Below, piece after piece: positions 27,109 to 39,330 of a stretch of DNA of 64,000 nucleotides. The position numbers and the translations under genes are program-made. Each line of letters opens with the position of its first letter. Within the stretch, counting starts at the first letter, position 1. Source of the stretch: Camelus dromedarius (Eukaryota); the NCBI RefSeq assembly GCF_036321535.1, contig NC_087447.1:36272001-36336000 (forward strand), read 5' to 3'. Below the pieces are notes generated by a model. That model saw only the letters and a list, made by a program, of their open reading frames with translations, did not search any database and was not told the DNA's origin.

Positions 27109-30100
27109 CACTGTGCGTTTCTTTTCCCAAACCGCTTAGGTGATGGGTGTGAGCTCCTAAAAATTGTGCTGGTTGTTTGTGAGTGTGCCTCTTCTTACGC
27201 ACCCAGTAATTTTAGCTGAGTTCTCTATGTAGAATCCTTGAGGACAGAGCATCAATTTGGGGCCTGTTTTTTCTAGGAATGAATGGGATACAGATGTCAG
27301 GTGGTGACGTCTTCTCAATAAGAGATCCCCAGTTCCCCATAGTTTTCTAACCTCCCTTGATGGCCGTGGAGACTCTTGACATCATCATTCACCAGGGGAA
27401 GGAATGGGAATCTAATCCCCCAGCCACAGGGATATTGCCCTTTATAGAAGCCCCAGTAAGATGTTTATAGGGGTGTCTGTAGGAAACGATTGTTGTTTAG
27501 AAGTTAATTGTTGGGCAACTTGACCTTTCTGGAGAAAAGTACCTTGGAAATAAAAATAAAGTGTACCTGAGATTTAAATTCTGGAGTGTCCACTGGTAAC
27601 AGTCACAAATAGTGCTTTTCACTGAGTGCAATGCTTTGTGGTTTTCGAAGCGTAACTTCGGTCCACCTAGCTGCATTGTGAAATGAGAGTAGTGTTCACC
27701 CCGTTTTGCAGAAATGGAAACTGAGGCCCAGAGAAGTGATATGACTCGTGGAGGAGGCAGTAAGCTGCAGAGCTCTGTTGGGACCCCATTGTTCTGGGTT
27801 CGTGGTCTTTCCACCACCGTAGGATCTCCTTAGCTTGAGGATTGGTCTTGGGGCTGAGAAGAGCAGATGCCTACCTCTTTCAGACCTTGGGACTTGCTGC
27901 AGGATGGTGGCTCTGTGGCAAAGCCCAAGTTTTGGAGTCTAGCTTTTGTCTTGGGTAAATCATTAATCTCTCTGAACCTTGGTTTCCTCATCGATAAAAT
28001 GGAGATGGTAAAACTGGCTTTGCAGGGGTGGGTGAGATAATGCAGGCAAAGTGCCTGACATAGTAGGTACTAGACAAGTACAGCCCAGTCCCTCTGCTTG
28101 CTTGACCTTGTGTACCTGTCTCTGAGGGTTGGTGGCACTTGACCTGGCAACCTACCTGTTACAGCAGCGATAGGGTCTTGCTGTGATGCCACTTCAGGTG
28201 GATGCTTCAGTTCACGAAGTTGGCTGGGAAGTAGCTGAGGATCCCATTAAGCAAACTCACTAAATTCAGACCCAACAGAAGGAAATGGCTTCTTAACTCA
28301 TAACTTCTTTTTTTTGGAAGGTTATTTGCATTGGCTCCTGGATGCGTAGGAGGCAGAAGCAGCTCCTTTTGTGGGTAAATTGAGAGACAGAGAAAGTGAC
28401 TTCCTGCCCAGGCTCACCTGACATATCCTTGAGGAAGTTCAGAGTAGAATGAAGTCACTTTCCTCCTGGGCTTCTCCAGACTGATTTTTATCTGGTTCTA
28501 ACGTCTTTTGTTCTTTTCAGATGGGAGGCAATTGAGTTAAAACTCCAGCTCACTGTTTTGAACTTCAGCCCACACCCCTCCGGCAAAATAATCAGCATTC
28601 ATGCAGCCCAAGTCAGGGAAAGAGAAGTCTTTGTTCGAATCATCCCACTGTACTTTGGGAATCAGGATAACACAGAAACCTGGCAAACAGGCTTTTAAGT
28701 TAATAGATTTTATTTAATGACACCAAGAGTCTGTCTTCCCATAGCGTGTGCAGGTTTTTTGGTCTCCTCTCCTGGGATCGTTGTGACTCATGTGCCTGAG
28801 GGCATGCTGTTGGGAACTGAACCGCCTTCACAGCTGCTCAGCTCAGGGGCTCTTCGCTAGGGGAGGGGCCAGTTCTTGGATGAAACTTGTCAGGAGTGTA
28901 ACTCAGTCTGAGGAGCTGAGGACAAATCAGTGTCTGCCCTGCCAGACTCTTAAGTGGGGAACACACCTGTAAGATGTAACTGGTGAGACTTTGAGACTTT
29001 TTTAATATCCTCATTTTTGGATACCAAGTGGTGCCCGAGCATGACCACCATCTTCATCATCCTTTTTTCTTTTCTTTTTTAAACTGTTTGAAGTTCCAGA
29101 TAACTTCTAGAGGTTTCCAAAAGTCATAGTCACCCTTGGAGGACCTCAGAGACCATCACCCATGCTGAAGAGATTCAGAGGAATATCCTCTGAATGCAGC
29201 TCTTGTTTCTTGGCCAAGTGGGTAGCTCTGTGTGCCTTGTTCTGCCAGAGAGCCAGGTCAGGGACTGCCAGGCAGTGATTGAGTCTATTGCTTGAGTGGG
29301 GAGCCCTGGTGGAGACATACTACCTGTTTGTAGAGGTGACATGGTCCCCTCCCTGGAGCAGACTGAGTTTGGACGTTAGTCCTATCTCCTAATAAGCCAG
29401 CTTTCTGTGGTTGAGGCTGAGCAGTGGTCTCTGTAGTCATGGAGAATAGAGTTGTCTCTATGTGTTTCTTCCTGACCCTTGCCCCTCAACTGTCCCTCAC
29501 CGATGTTCAGTGTTGGGGCCACAGCCAGGCCTTTTCTAGCTGAAATCTGTTTATACCTGGCCCTCTAGGTGATGGTGGTACCTCCTTTTCTCACCCACCC
29601 AAGGCTGCAGGACAGTCATCTTTCTTCCAGTACTTTTGGCTGGAGGAGCTCCCTGGCCAGCCAAAATCCCAGAAGCTAGTGTGGGGAGGGGACGTGGGGT
29701 TAGAATGCAGGAGGGTGATTAAAGTTAGAGCTCAAGACTGGAAGATGCAGAAATGGCAAAAGTGGCCATCTGCCCTGATTTCCTGGGCCAGTCACAAATC
29801 CAGAGAGTCTCTTCTTTGTCCCACGTGGAGGAATGGCATATCTAGTTGATGGAATATGATGCAGTCATTTAAAATGACACGGTTGAGGTTAAAAAACTGG
29901 AGAAAATGTTTATATTACAATAAGTTTTTAAAATCAAGATGCAAAATCATAAGCACAGTATGATCACAGTTATATAAAAACAAAAAAGCACCCTGCCCCC
30001 TGTCGCCCCAAAACCCAGGCATATAAAAAAGAATGAAAGTAAATATACCAAGTATTAAAAATGATTTTCCTTTAGATAACAGGACTATGGTGATTTTTTT

Positions 30101-31187
30101 CTTTCCTTTTAGCTTTTTTCCTTATATTTCTCAAGTATTCTATAATAACTCTCTATCAGTGTCTTAAATTGGAACCAGTTAAACTTGATAAAATTCCAAA
30201 CCAGTCTTTTTTATTGTTGGACTTCATGTCCTGCATTTTGGCTTAGAGATACAGCTGCCATAACTGAGATGACCTAAGAACTCTTCTTCCTTGTCTCAAC
30301 CTCTGGAAATCTGAAAAGTCAAGCAAGACCAGGTTCCAGGAAGACGTTTTGGGCATAGCTCTGCCTGGAGGCAGGGCCTGGACAAGGCAGCCTCTCAGAG
30401 CCCCTTCCCACCCTCAGCTGGCGGTTGTCTCTCTGCTGCACAGCCTCTGCCAACAGTGAGCGGGCTCCAAGTGTGGCGACATTCTCTGAGTGGGGAGCAG
30501 TAACAGAAGTCTGGCTGGGATGGAGGCCGGGGGCGGGGAATCTGGAGTGAGTGCCTGAGCTGATAAGGAGCCAGTGATCTTTCTGCCTTGTGGGACTTGC
30601 ACCTCTAGCTGCCAAGCATCAGGCAGGGCCCAGCCCCTTGGAAAGCTGCTGCCCACTGCAGCGGTCCTGCTGCTGGCACAGCTCAGAGAGCTACTTCTGC
30701 GAAGAACTTCCCTAATGGTGCAGGGTATCTGGGCTCTGTCTTGGGGCGTGGGAAGGATTGCATATTCCATTGAGCAGTGGTGGTTTTGAAGAAAGCAGCT
30801 CATCTTTGAAGTGGAAACCAGGATTTTCCCTCGTAGCACCTCTGTGAAAGAGAGCCTGGCGAACGGACATCCAGAGCACATTTTTCTCAGCTGTGTTCTT
30901 CCTGGATCCTCCATGTCCATCTCCTCAGGGCCCTGGCCCAGGCCTCCAAATTAGGTTTTCTCCACTCCTCAGGCAAAAAAACCTCAGTTTACTGCTGCCT
31001 AGATCCTGTTGGGCCATCAGAGCAGCAGACACCCACACCGTTGAACATTGGAACTTATACTTTGAGCAAGGCTTACAGATCCTGGAGTTAGCAGGGTCTG
31101 GGAATCAGGCATCGAGCTGTTCACAGATAGGGATTGGATTTGTGTGGAGTCATTTGCTGCCGCTGCTGCTTTGAAAGACTCTGGTAA

Positions 31188-31210
31188 ATGCTGGGGTTCT
31201 TTGGAGGCAG
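31188..31210 (+). CDS. PLEKHA7: Candidate coding part of an internal alternative first exon (MLGFFGG-R)
   Basis: In-frame TAA immediately before ATG, 7 codons + 2 nt, then strong donor CAG|GTGAGA in the phase required by exon 31978. Confidence 0.4.
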
Positions 31211-31977
31211 GTGAGAAGGGTTCTCTACAATGTCTGTTAAGTGCCGCACCAGGATGTTCCCAGGGTGCTGGCCCTCCCAGGGCAGGTGGGACTCCTTGGT
31301 GGGAAGCATGATGTAACTGGATACTGACGGGGATGCGTCAAGGGGCTCTTCACTGGGGACCTAGGCATGCTTCTTTTTTTCTTGCTCTCCAGACATGGCA
31401 CAAGGGGTTAATCTCTCCGATGGCTCTATTTTGGGGCTAATGGAGTGTTCCTAGAATAGGACTCTTTGTTGAGTAGTCTATTTTGGGAGGCAAGCCCCAC
31501 TGGCATTTATGTAAGCGATTCTCTCTGTGTATCTGGGGGTGTGGATGTGTGCGCAAGTGATTTCTTGTTACTAAGTATAACCAGCTTCTTTGGGAGCCAG
31601 GGAGATGGAGGTGTGTGTGTGTAAGGAGTATGGATTGCTCTCCCTGAGAAGAGTGGTGTGACTGTGTGTGCCCATCTGATGGGGGATTTGCCACAGACAC
31701 CCAAGGAAGAGAATAAATGTGGGGACCTTGGGAGAGCAGGCAGGAATGACTGCCTTGGGCCCTTCATGGGGTGTCAGGCTGTGGAGATTGCCCGGCTTTC
31801 ATGGGTAGGCTGGGCAGCGTGCCCCTCCAGCTGCAGTCTGGGATTCAGTGATCTCTAGAAGATCCGAGCTGGGTTCTGTAAGGCTCATCAACCAGTTCTA
31901 ACTGGAAATAAATCAGATTCCACTTCCCATTGCAGCCTGACCACTTATGCACTGGGTTCTCTTCTGTCTCCCTACAG

Positions 31978-32089
31978 GCCAAATCCACATATGTCAAAGC
32001 AAGAGAGAAACCAAAGACCGTCCAGCATGGTCAGTGAAACATCAACGGCTGGGACCACGTCCACCGTGGAGGCCAAGCCTGGCCCCAAG
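31978..32089 (+). CDS. PLEKHA7: PLEKHA7 coding exon (~exon 5): PNPHMSKQERNQRPSSMVSETSTAGTTSTVEAKPGPK
   Basis: Acceptor ttctgtctccctacAG, donor AAG|GTGAGC; 112 nt, phase 2-0. Confidence 0.95.
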
Positions 32090-32859
32090 GTGAGCTCTAG
32101 GTCACTTGTCCCTACCTTCCCTTCTTCTGTATTTTGCCAGGTCCCTTTGTAGCCAGAGACCCATTTGACCTTCACCAGTTTTGTGAGGGAGCCATGTAAC
32201 AAGTATTCTCCCCAAATGACAAATCAGGAAATTGAGTCTTTTGCGGTTATGTCACTTGTCCAAGAAGCCAGGTGATTGCTCACGGAACCCGGATTGACAT
32301 CTAGGGCCTTGGACACAGTCTTCATTTTCCCGGTGTGTCTTGGGAGGGCCACACCTCTGTGCACATGTGGTGAGATTCATGACAGAGGGGCCCAGAGGTT
32401 TCTGTGCCCAAGATATGGAATTACTGACTGAGGAGCAGGGAAGAGAACCAGCAATGTGGAGAAGGGAAGAATGCTGAGGACCGAACCAGATAGGAGGGGT
32501 AAATACCTGGAAATTGGCAAAATCAGTGACCAAAAGCTAGCATTGCTCCAGAAAGCCATAGGACACATTAGGGCCAGGAGCTGCTGGTGAAAGTTGATTG
32601 AAAAACCCCTGTACGTTTTTTTTTTTTTCTCTCTGTGACCCAGACAGGAAGTCTGCTAACTCTTGGACTTGCCTTTTAATTAGAATGCTGTGGCCACATG
32701 CATGCCCATTCTCCGTCTTCTTGCTGTCCTTTTGATCAAAGGGCACTATGGCTTAGATGAAGGCACAGGGAGCCGGCGGCCCTCATGTCATGCAGGTGCT
32801 TTTTTTGGGCCTCTCTAAATCCCCCCTGCTTCTAGAGTTCACGTCTGCTCTTTTCCTAG

Positions 32860-32964
32860 ATCTTAAAGTCCAGCAATAAAGTGCACAGCTTTGGGAAGAG
32901 GGACCAGGCCATTCGGAGGAACCCCAATGTTCCAGTGGTGGTGAGGGGCTGGCTGCACAAGCAG
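32860..32964 (+). CDS. PLEKHA7: PLEKHA7 coding exon (~exon 6), start of PH domain: ILKSSNKVHSFGKRDQAIRRNPNVPVVVRGWLHKQ
   Basis: Acceptor ctcttttcctAG, donor CAG|GTGAGG; 105 nt, phase 0-0; GWLxK PH beta1 motif. Confidence 0.96.
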
Positions 32965-35061
32965 GTGAGGAGACTGAGGAGGGAGGGTGGCAGGGAGATT
33001 GCCGATTTCCTTCCTTACCCTGACCCCCGGGAGCTGGGAACAGGCTCGTAATAAGCTTTCTGTTCCTGAGTTTGTCTGAGGCCTGTAGATTTCACCCATC
33101 GTGCTCAGTGATTTGCTGTTCCTTTTTGTGAGTGGACAGTCTGCTCAATGGCTGCAGCTTCCTTCCCCAAACCACTTAACTGCTTTGGTTCCCAGTGCTG
33201 TTGGCTGTCCTGGGACCCAGGCCTGAGTGTGGGTGGGTCAGCTTGAATCCAGCCTTACTGCCAATCCTCTGCCAGCACTTCTCTTCCTGATTTAAAGAGC
33301 CTTTGCTAACATTTGGCTGAAAAAAATTCCGTCTTTTTCTTTCGCCCAGTGTAGCAAACATATCTAGCTCCCTAGAACTTCAGATTCCAAATCAGCCAAA
33401 CTCAGTTCATTATCTCCTCACCCCTTACCTGCCTTTTTTCCCCAACCTACTTTTTCTGGATCTTGGTGGTGATACCACCATTCTCCCAGTCACCCAGGTT
33501 AGACACCACAGCACCATCACCAGGTCCTCCTTCTCCCACATCCATTTGGTCAGAAAGTCCTGTCAGCTCCATCTCCCTTCCCTCCAGGCCATCCTTCATC
33601 TCCAGCCTCACACCAGTTGTTCTGCCTCTGATCCTCTGGCCATAGATAGGCTGTGAGCTCCAAGGTGCAGAGAACACATCCCTTTTGTCTCCTTCCTTCC
33701 CTTCTTGCCATCCATCCATTCACCCACCCACGCACCAAGTGTCTCCATGTTCTAAGTGCTTTCACAGGATCTATAAAGAGCAATGTGTGCTTCCAGCCCT
33801 TGAGGACTCATGTCATAGTCTACGGGGGGAAACAGATATGGACCTCTCCCGCGTCATGTCATCACCCAGCACAGTCTCTCACATATCATATTATCCAAAA
33901 AACCACAAATTCGGAGAGAAGTGATGTAAATTTTTGCTAAAGTCTTCATGGGAAGACAGAAGAGGGCATTTCTTTGTATACTGCACAGAAGAAATTCCTT
34001 AAAGTTCCCTTGAAATCTCTCCCCTGATTCTGTTCCCAATGGCAGCTACCACAGCTCCCCAGCCTCTTCTGGCAGACACTCGTCTGGCACCCCACCTTTC
34101 TCAGTAATACCCCCTTCCCTGACAGCTCGGTCTCATTCTTTCTTAGCTCTGCCCATCTCTTTTCTTATCTAAGTAATCTAACCCTCTGACTTTTTCTGTT
34201 TGTATCCCTGTCCCCATTAAACAAAAGGATGCTCCTTTGAAATGTGGAGGGAGAGGGAAGGGATTGTGAATAATTCTTCTCCCCAACCACCACCCCCTTG
34301 CCCAGGCCCTTTGGCTGTGCTGTCACTGTAACAGAGGTCTGTGTGGAGTGCTGTGGACACACAGCAGAATGTACTGTGCTTGTGAAGTGACATTTGAACC
34401 AAGTATGAAAGGATGGAGAAGAGCTTTCCAAACAAAGCAAATATATACCAAGACGTTAGAGACCACCTGGTTAATGCAAAAGATAAAACCAAGAAATGCC
34501 CGAACTCAACAAATTAAATTTGTTTTTAGCACTTTAGTAAGTGGAGAATGAACAAAATTTTTTAAAAATTTAAGCCTGTCAGAAACTTTTGCAGAAGGAA
34601 GACAGTTTTAACAGCTAAAAGTGGCTCTGGAATTTTCCTAGGCTTGGGAGAAAAGTGACCTTAAAACACTACTGTTTTCCTACCCTAGCCATATTTAAAA
34701 AATTTTTTTGCAATCACCTAAAATGTTTTCAGTAAATGTAATGATTTACATTTTAGATGAGTAAAGACAGAGTCTTGTTATGATAACAAGAAAATCCAGG
34801 TCTTTTTCTGTGGGTGGAGGAAAACAGGACCAGTCCCTGGTGGTAGAGAACTGAACTTGCTGAGACGAGAACTTCGGCTCACTGATTAATTAGCTAACTT
34901 AAACTCTTTGTTCCATACTATGTAAATCAATTTTTTAATCAGTACAAGTGAAGGTATTCCACAGCATAGTACCTGAACAAATAGGTTAACTAAGTAAATA
35001 AATAAATAACTTGCTTTTTGTTAAAGGCTGATTTCTTTCTAAATGGAAGAACTGTATTTTT

Positions 35062-35164
35062 TTTCACATTTTTTATTGAGTTATAGTCATTTTACAATGT
35101 GTCAAATACCAGTGTAGAGCACAATTTTTCAGTTATACATGAACATACATATATTTATTGTCAC
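35062..35164 (-). mobile_element. 5'-truncated young L1 3' end with perfect 19-bp TSD
   Basis: TSD atggaagaactgtattttt at 35043-35061 and 35165-35183; body nearly identical to the copy at 43950. Confidence 0.85.
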
Positions 35165-35446
35165 ATGGAAGAACTGTATTTTTGAATTCATTTCTTCCTT
35201 TCTAAAAGAAGGATGCTTATGATCTATTAATCTGTTTCCAGGAAACAAAACTTCCTGGAGATAAACCATCACTGGATCTAAGTTTTAATGTCCTACCCAA
35301 AGAATAGCTATGCAATAAAATATTATTCATTTATTTAAAGAAAGAATGAATATGGGCAAGTGTTGGTTCCAGAATCAGGTTTTACGTGACTGGGGACGGG
35401 GAACACTGCTCAGATATTGCCCTGATTAGTTTTCTTTGCTTTGCAG

Positions 35447-35519
35447 GACAGTTCTGGGATGAGGCTATGGAAAAGGAGGTGGTTTGTGCTTGCTGATTAT
35501 TGCTTATTTTACTATAAAG
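35447..35519 (+). CDS. PLEKHA7: PLEKHA7 coding exon (~exon 7), PH domain: DSSGMRLWKRRWFVLADYCLFYYK(D)
   Basis: Acceptor tttctttgctttgcAG, donor AAG|GTGAGC; 73 nt, phase 0-1; WKRRWFVL PH signature. Confidence 0.97.
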
Positions 35520-36937
35520 GTGAGCTGAAGCTCGGGCCACCAGGGCTCTTTGTGTTGGAGGGGGTGGTGAGGTGATGCAAGTGGTGGTCTTCTCAAATCA
35601 GTGATCGGACCAGCGGCCTGAGCTCATTAATCACCCATTAAGCTGACGAAGTGTTCACTTTTACATTCATGGATGATTGGTGACTTCATTTTTACCAGTC
35701 CCAGCACTGGAAGTGCCTTTTTTTTTTTTTTTTTTTGAGTTGAAATAATAGAATCTGGCTTGCCTATTACTTAAGGGTCTCAAGGTCTGGAGTTTTTCCA
35801 GCTTCTGCCCCGCCTTGGGGCATAGGCACGCCTTTGATGAAATCTAGAGAGCTAGAAGTGTAAATGAGCCACTGTATTTTGTAACTGTTATCTGGATTTA
35901 TCCCCTGTTATTGGATGGGTAACTGGTGAATGGCCATATGAACATTTGTGAAGCCCCAGCGCATAGAATTAGGGGTTGTGCAAAGGTGAGAAGGAAGTAA
36001 GGCTCAAAATACAGAGGAAGAGATAGCCTACTTTTAAGACAAGACTAGGGGGTGATAGGTGCGTTAGAAGATATCCAAAGTGCTTAGGTAGTTCAGGGGG
36101 AGTGAGAAGTTAATCCCATATTGGAGAATTGGGGGAGGCTTCTTAGAAGAGATAGGGTTTGAATTGGGCTTTTAAGGTTGGATAGAGCTTTGCCCGTGTG
36201 CAGGGGGAAGATGGGCATTCAAGCAGAAGAAACAACATGATTCAAGTTGTAGAATCCGAAGAAGTGGAATGACAGACTTGCAAGGCTAGAGTGAGACTTG
36301 CATGGAGCATATACTGGGAGATGAGGCCCAGGAGGTAGGTCAGGACCAAAATGCAAGAGGGCTGTGACCCTAGGCAGAGGACGTTGGGCTTCATTCTGTA
36401 TTCAGTGGACAGTCAGCAAGCACCTCTGAGCAGGAGAGCAATGGAACCAACTCTGTCATGAGGAAGTCAGTTACCTCTGGTAATGAAGATGGTTTGGGGG
36501 AGGAAGAGAATGGACGTGGAAGGTAGGGTATGTCACACCTGCTCTAACTTTGCCTGTGAGGTTTGCCCCACCCAGATGTCCCTATCCCATCCTTTACAAC
36601 ACTTTAAATATCATCTTCTGAAGCCTTCTCAACTTCCGCAGACTCTGTGCCGCTCCTGCCTCTGTGTTCCCGCAGCACTTGGTATGCTGCTGTATTTCAG
36701 GAGTTAGCAGGTGGGGCTGAGCGTGTTTACATGCCTGTCCCCGTCCTCAGGGGTGGGGCCTGTCTGATGCGCCTGTGTAGTTCCAGCATTAGCACAAAGG
36801 TCCCTGGAGCACCTGCCTAGACCATCAGTAATTGCAGTCATCCTGGGAGAGATGAGGAGCCCTGAATTGGGCAGTGGATGCACCAGCCCAAGGGAAGTGC
36901 CACAGAAGGTTATTCTGATGTGTTTTTGCATTCAAAG

Positions 36938-37038
36938 ACAGCCGAGAAGAAGTGGTCCTTGGGAGCATCCCTCTGCCCAGCTACGTGATTTCGCCGGTGA
37001 CCCCTGAGGACCGCATCAGTCGCAAGTATTCCTTTAAG
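36938..37038 (+). CDS. PLEKHA7: PLEKHA7 coding exon (~exon 8), PH domain: (D)SREEVVLGSIPLPSYVISPVTPEDRISRKYSFK
   Basis: The frame requires acceptor ttcaaAG; donor AAG|GTACTG; 101 nt, phase 1-0. Confidence 0.94.
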
Positions 37039-38979
37039 GTACTGCGCCCTCTCTGCTAATGCAGCACCTCCGTCCTAAGAAACGTCATGTTCCCAAAAAC
37101 AATGGCTTCACAAAAGCCATTGTTTTTGGGAAGGGGGAAGAAGTTAGGAAATTGAGCGTTTCAGACTCATGTTAAACAAGAATAATATCACATCACAAGT
37201 GCTTTCACTTGTATCTGAGCTTTTGCCCCAGCCTTACTGATGTATTTAGACCCCTCTTTTCCTATCGCTGTTCATCCTGTGGTTACATATCGAGCATGGC
37301 CCTTCTCATGTTTTCTTATCACTGTCTCCATCCCTGGTGAGTCCAGAGTTGCTGTGGGTTGAAGATTCTAGATCCTCCTTCACGTCACGTTGCATGAAAC
37401 GGTATTGCCTTGTGTCTGTAAAACCTTTTATGATTAAGAAGTGCTTTTATCCATGTTACCTCGTTTGATGCTTGTGGGGAGCCTGTGAGGTCAATATAAT
37501 TACCTTCATTTTAAAAATTAGCAACATGAGGATCAAAGAGGTAAAGAAACTTGCCCAAAGTCCCCACACTGGAAGCTGCTAGAGGCAGAGCTGCACCCTG
37601 AACTCCATGCCCTTCCGACGATGTTACAGGGAGGGAGGACGATTTCTATCTCTTCCTCTGCTTTTTCTTCCACGTCTTATTCCGGTCACCTCCACACACA
37701 CATTGCAGGAGGTGGGAGGTGGTTTGCATTAATGTTTATTGGTATCATTTTAGGAATACTCTTCTGTTTAATGGTTCAGGAGCCTCTCCTGCTTGTTGCT
37801 GGCTCTGCAAATGTTTTGTTCAATGAATTTCAGAGTGGTTTTTTGCAGCCTGAAAGTCTTTCTCAAAAAACCTTCCTTTCTAGGATTGAGCATTGCTACT
37901 GGGCAAACAGTTGGGGTAATGACGCTGTCTGTGATTTTTGGGCAGCAGCATTTGGAATATCCCCAAAGTAACTGATTATAGTAACTATATATATTTCATC
38001 TTAACACTTCATTGGATAGTGTGAAAATACATTCTAGGAAAACATCTTTTATGTGTCATAGATTCTTTTCTTTCCAAAAAAAAATTTTTTTTTAGAAAGA
38101 CTTCACCAAGAGTGTTCCCTAAATCTTTTGTCTGGGAGACAGAAGGCATGCACGTTTGGGGGGAGTCATTAGGGTCTTGAGAGTCTGAGAGCAGAGAAAA
38201 GCTACTACAGAGAGATCTGGTGATGCTCAGCTGGTTCTCCAGAAAGGGCTGTGGTTTCCTAAGTGTGGAACAGTTCTCTTTCCCTTCGGGTTGCAGCACC
38301 ATCATTTTATGGACCAGAGGATGGGCCCTGGGGCAGTTCAGGATCCGTGTTCTTGGGTACACTGAGGACTGTGCGCTGTTCCGTGTCCCAGGCCTTATAG
38401 TTGCCTCTGCTGTCAGTTCTTTTCTATTTCCAGAGCTGAAATTCTCTGACTGTTGCTAGGGCACCTTGCCTGAGATTGTTCAGAAGGTGTGTCTTCTCCA
38501 ACTGTGCTCGCAGCCTGGAAGCCTCCAGGCATTGCCAGGGAGCTGGGGTGCTAGATGGACCCTGAGGCTCTGCCAGGTCTGCAGGATGGGCCAGGCAGGG
38601 CTGAGGGTGGCCTCCAGGAGCCACTGTGCACCCCCCGACCAGCGGGCCTTTCGTGCTCTGCAGGCTCCCCACAGAGCTCCTGCTGGATCCACAGTTTCCC
38701 TTGGCCTGTGGATCCAGTAGGAGCCCCTCAGATCCAGGACCTGGAGCAGAAGACTTCCCCATGCAGCCAAGGGTCTAAGAGTCTTCAGTGGAGAAAAGCC
38801 TTAGCTGCCTCCCTTTTAGCTGTTCTCCCTCCCTCAAGTCCAAGGCTAAGGGTTTGTGACCTGAGCTCTACAGACCCCCAAGTAGATAAATCACACCTTC
38901 CTTTTTTTTAACCTCTACATGTCGATGAATAAATCGTATCTTTCTTTTTCGTAACCCATAACATTTCCTTTGATTAAGA

Positions 38980-39330
38980 AAGCAGGCACCAGCAGGTAGT
39001 GGGAGAACCTGTGCTTGGTCACCAATAGAAACCAGAGATATCCTTATATCACATTACAGTCGGAAATACCTTGAAATACCATTTATGCTCATCACCACTT
39101 TGAGATTACAATAATTATTATATCTGTCACTAGATTTTATATGCAATACATTATTAAAGAGGCATTTGTATCACTATATCACAACATTAAAACATATTTT
39201 GATAACTGTGTTTCAATATAATGTATTTCCTTTGTTTTACTTGTACACTTAAAAACATTCTAAGAAGAGTTCATAGGAGTCACCGTACTGTCCAAAGGGT
39301 TGATGCCATGAAAAGGTTAGGACCCGCTGC
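38980..39330. mobile_element. hAT-Charlie-like DNA transposon relic
   Basis: AT-rich body ending ...tgtccaaagggttgatgccatgaaaaggttaggacccgctg. Confidence 0.5.
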
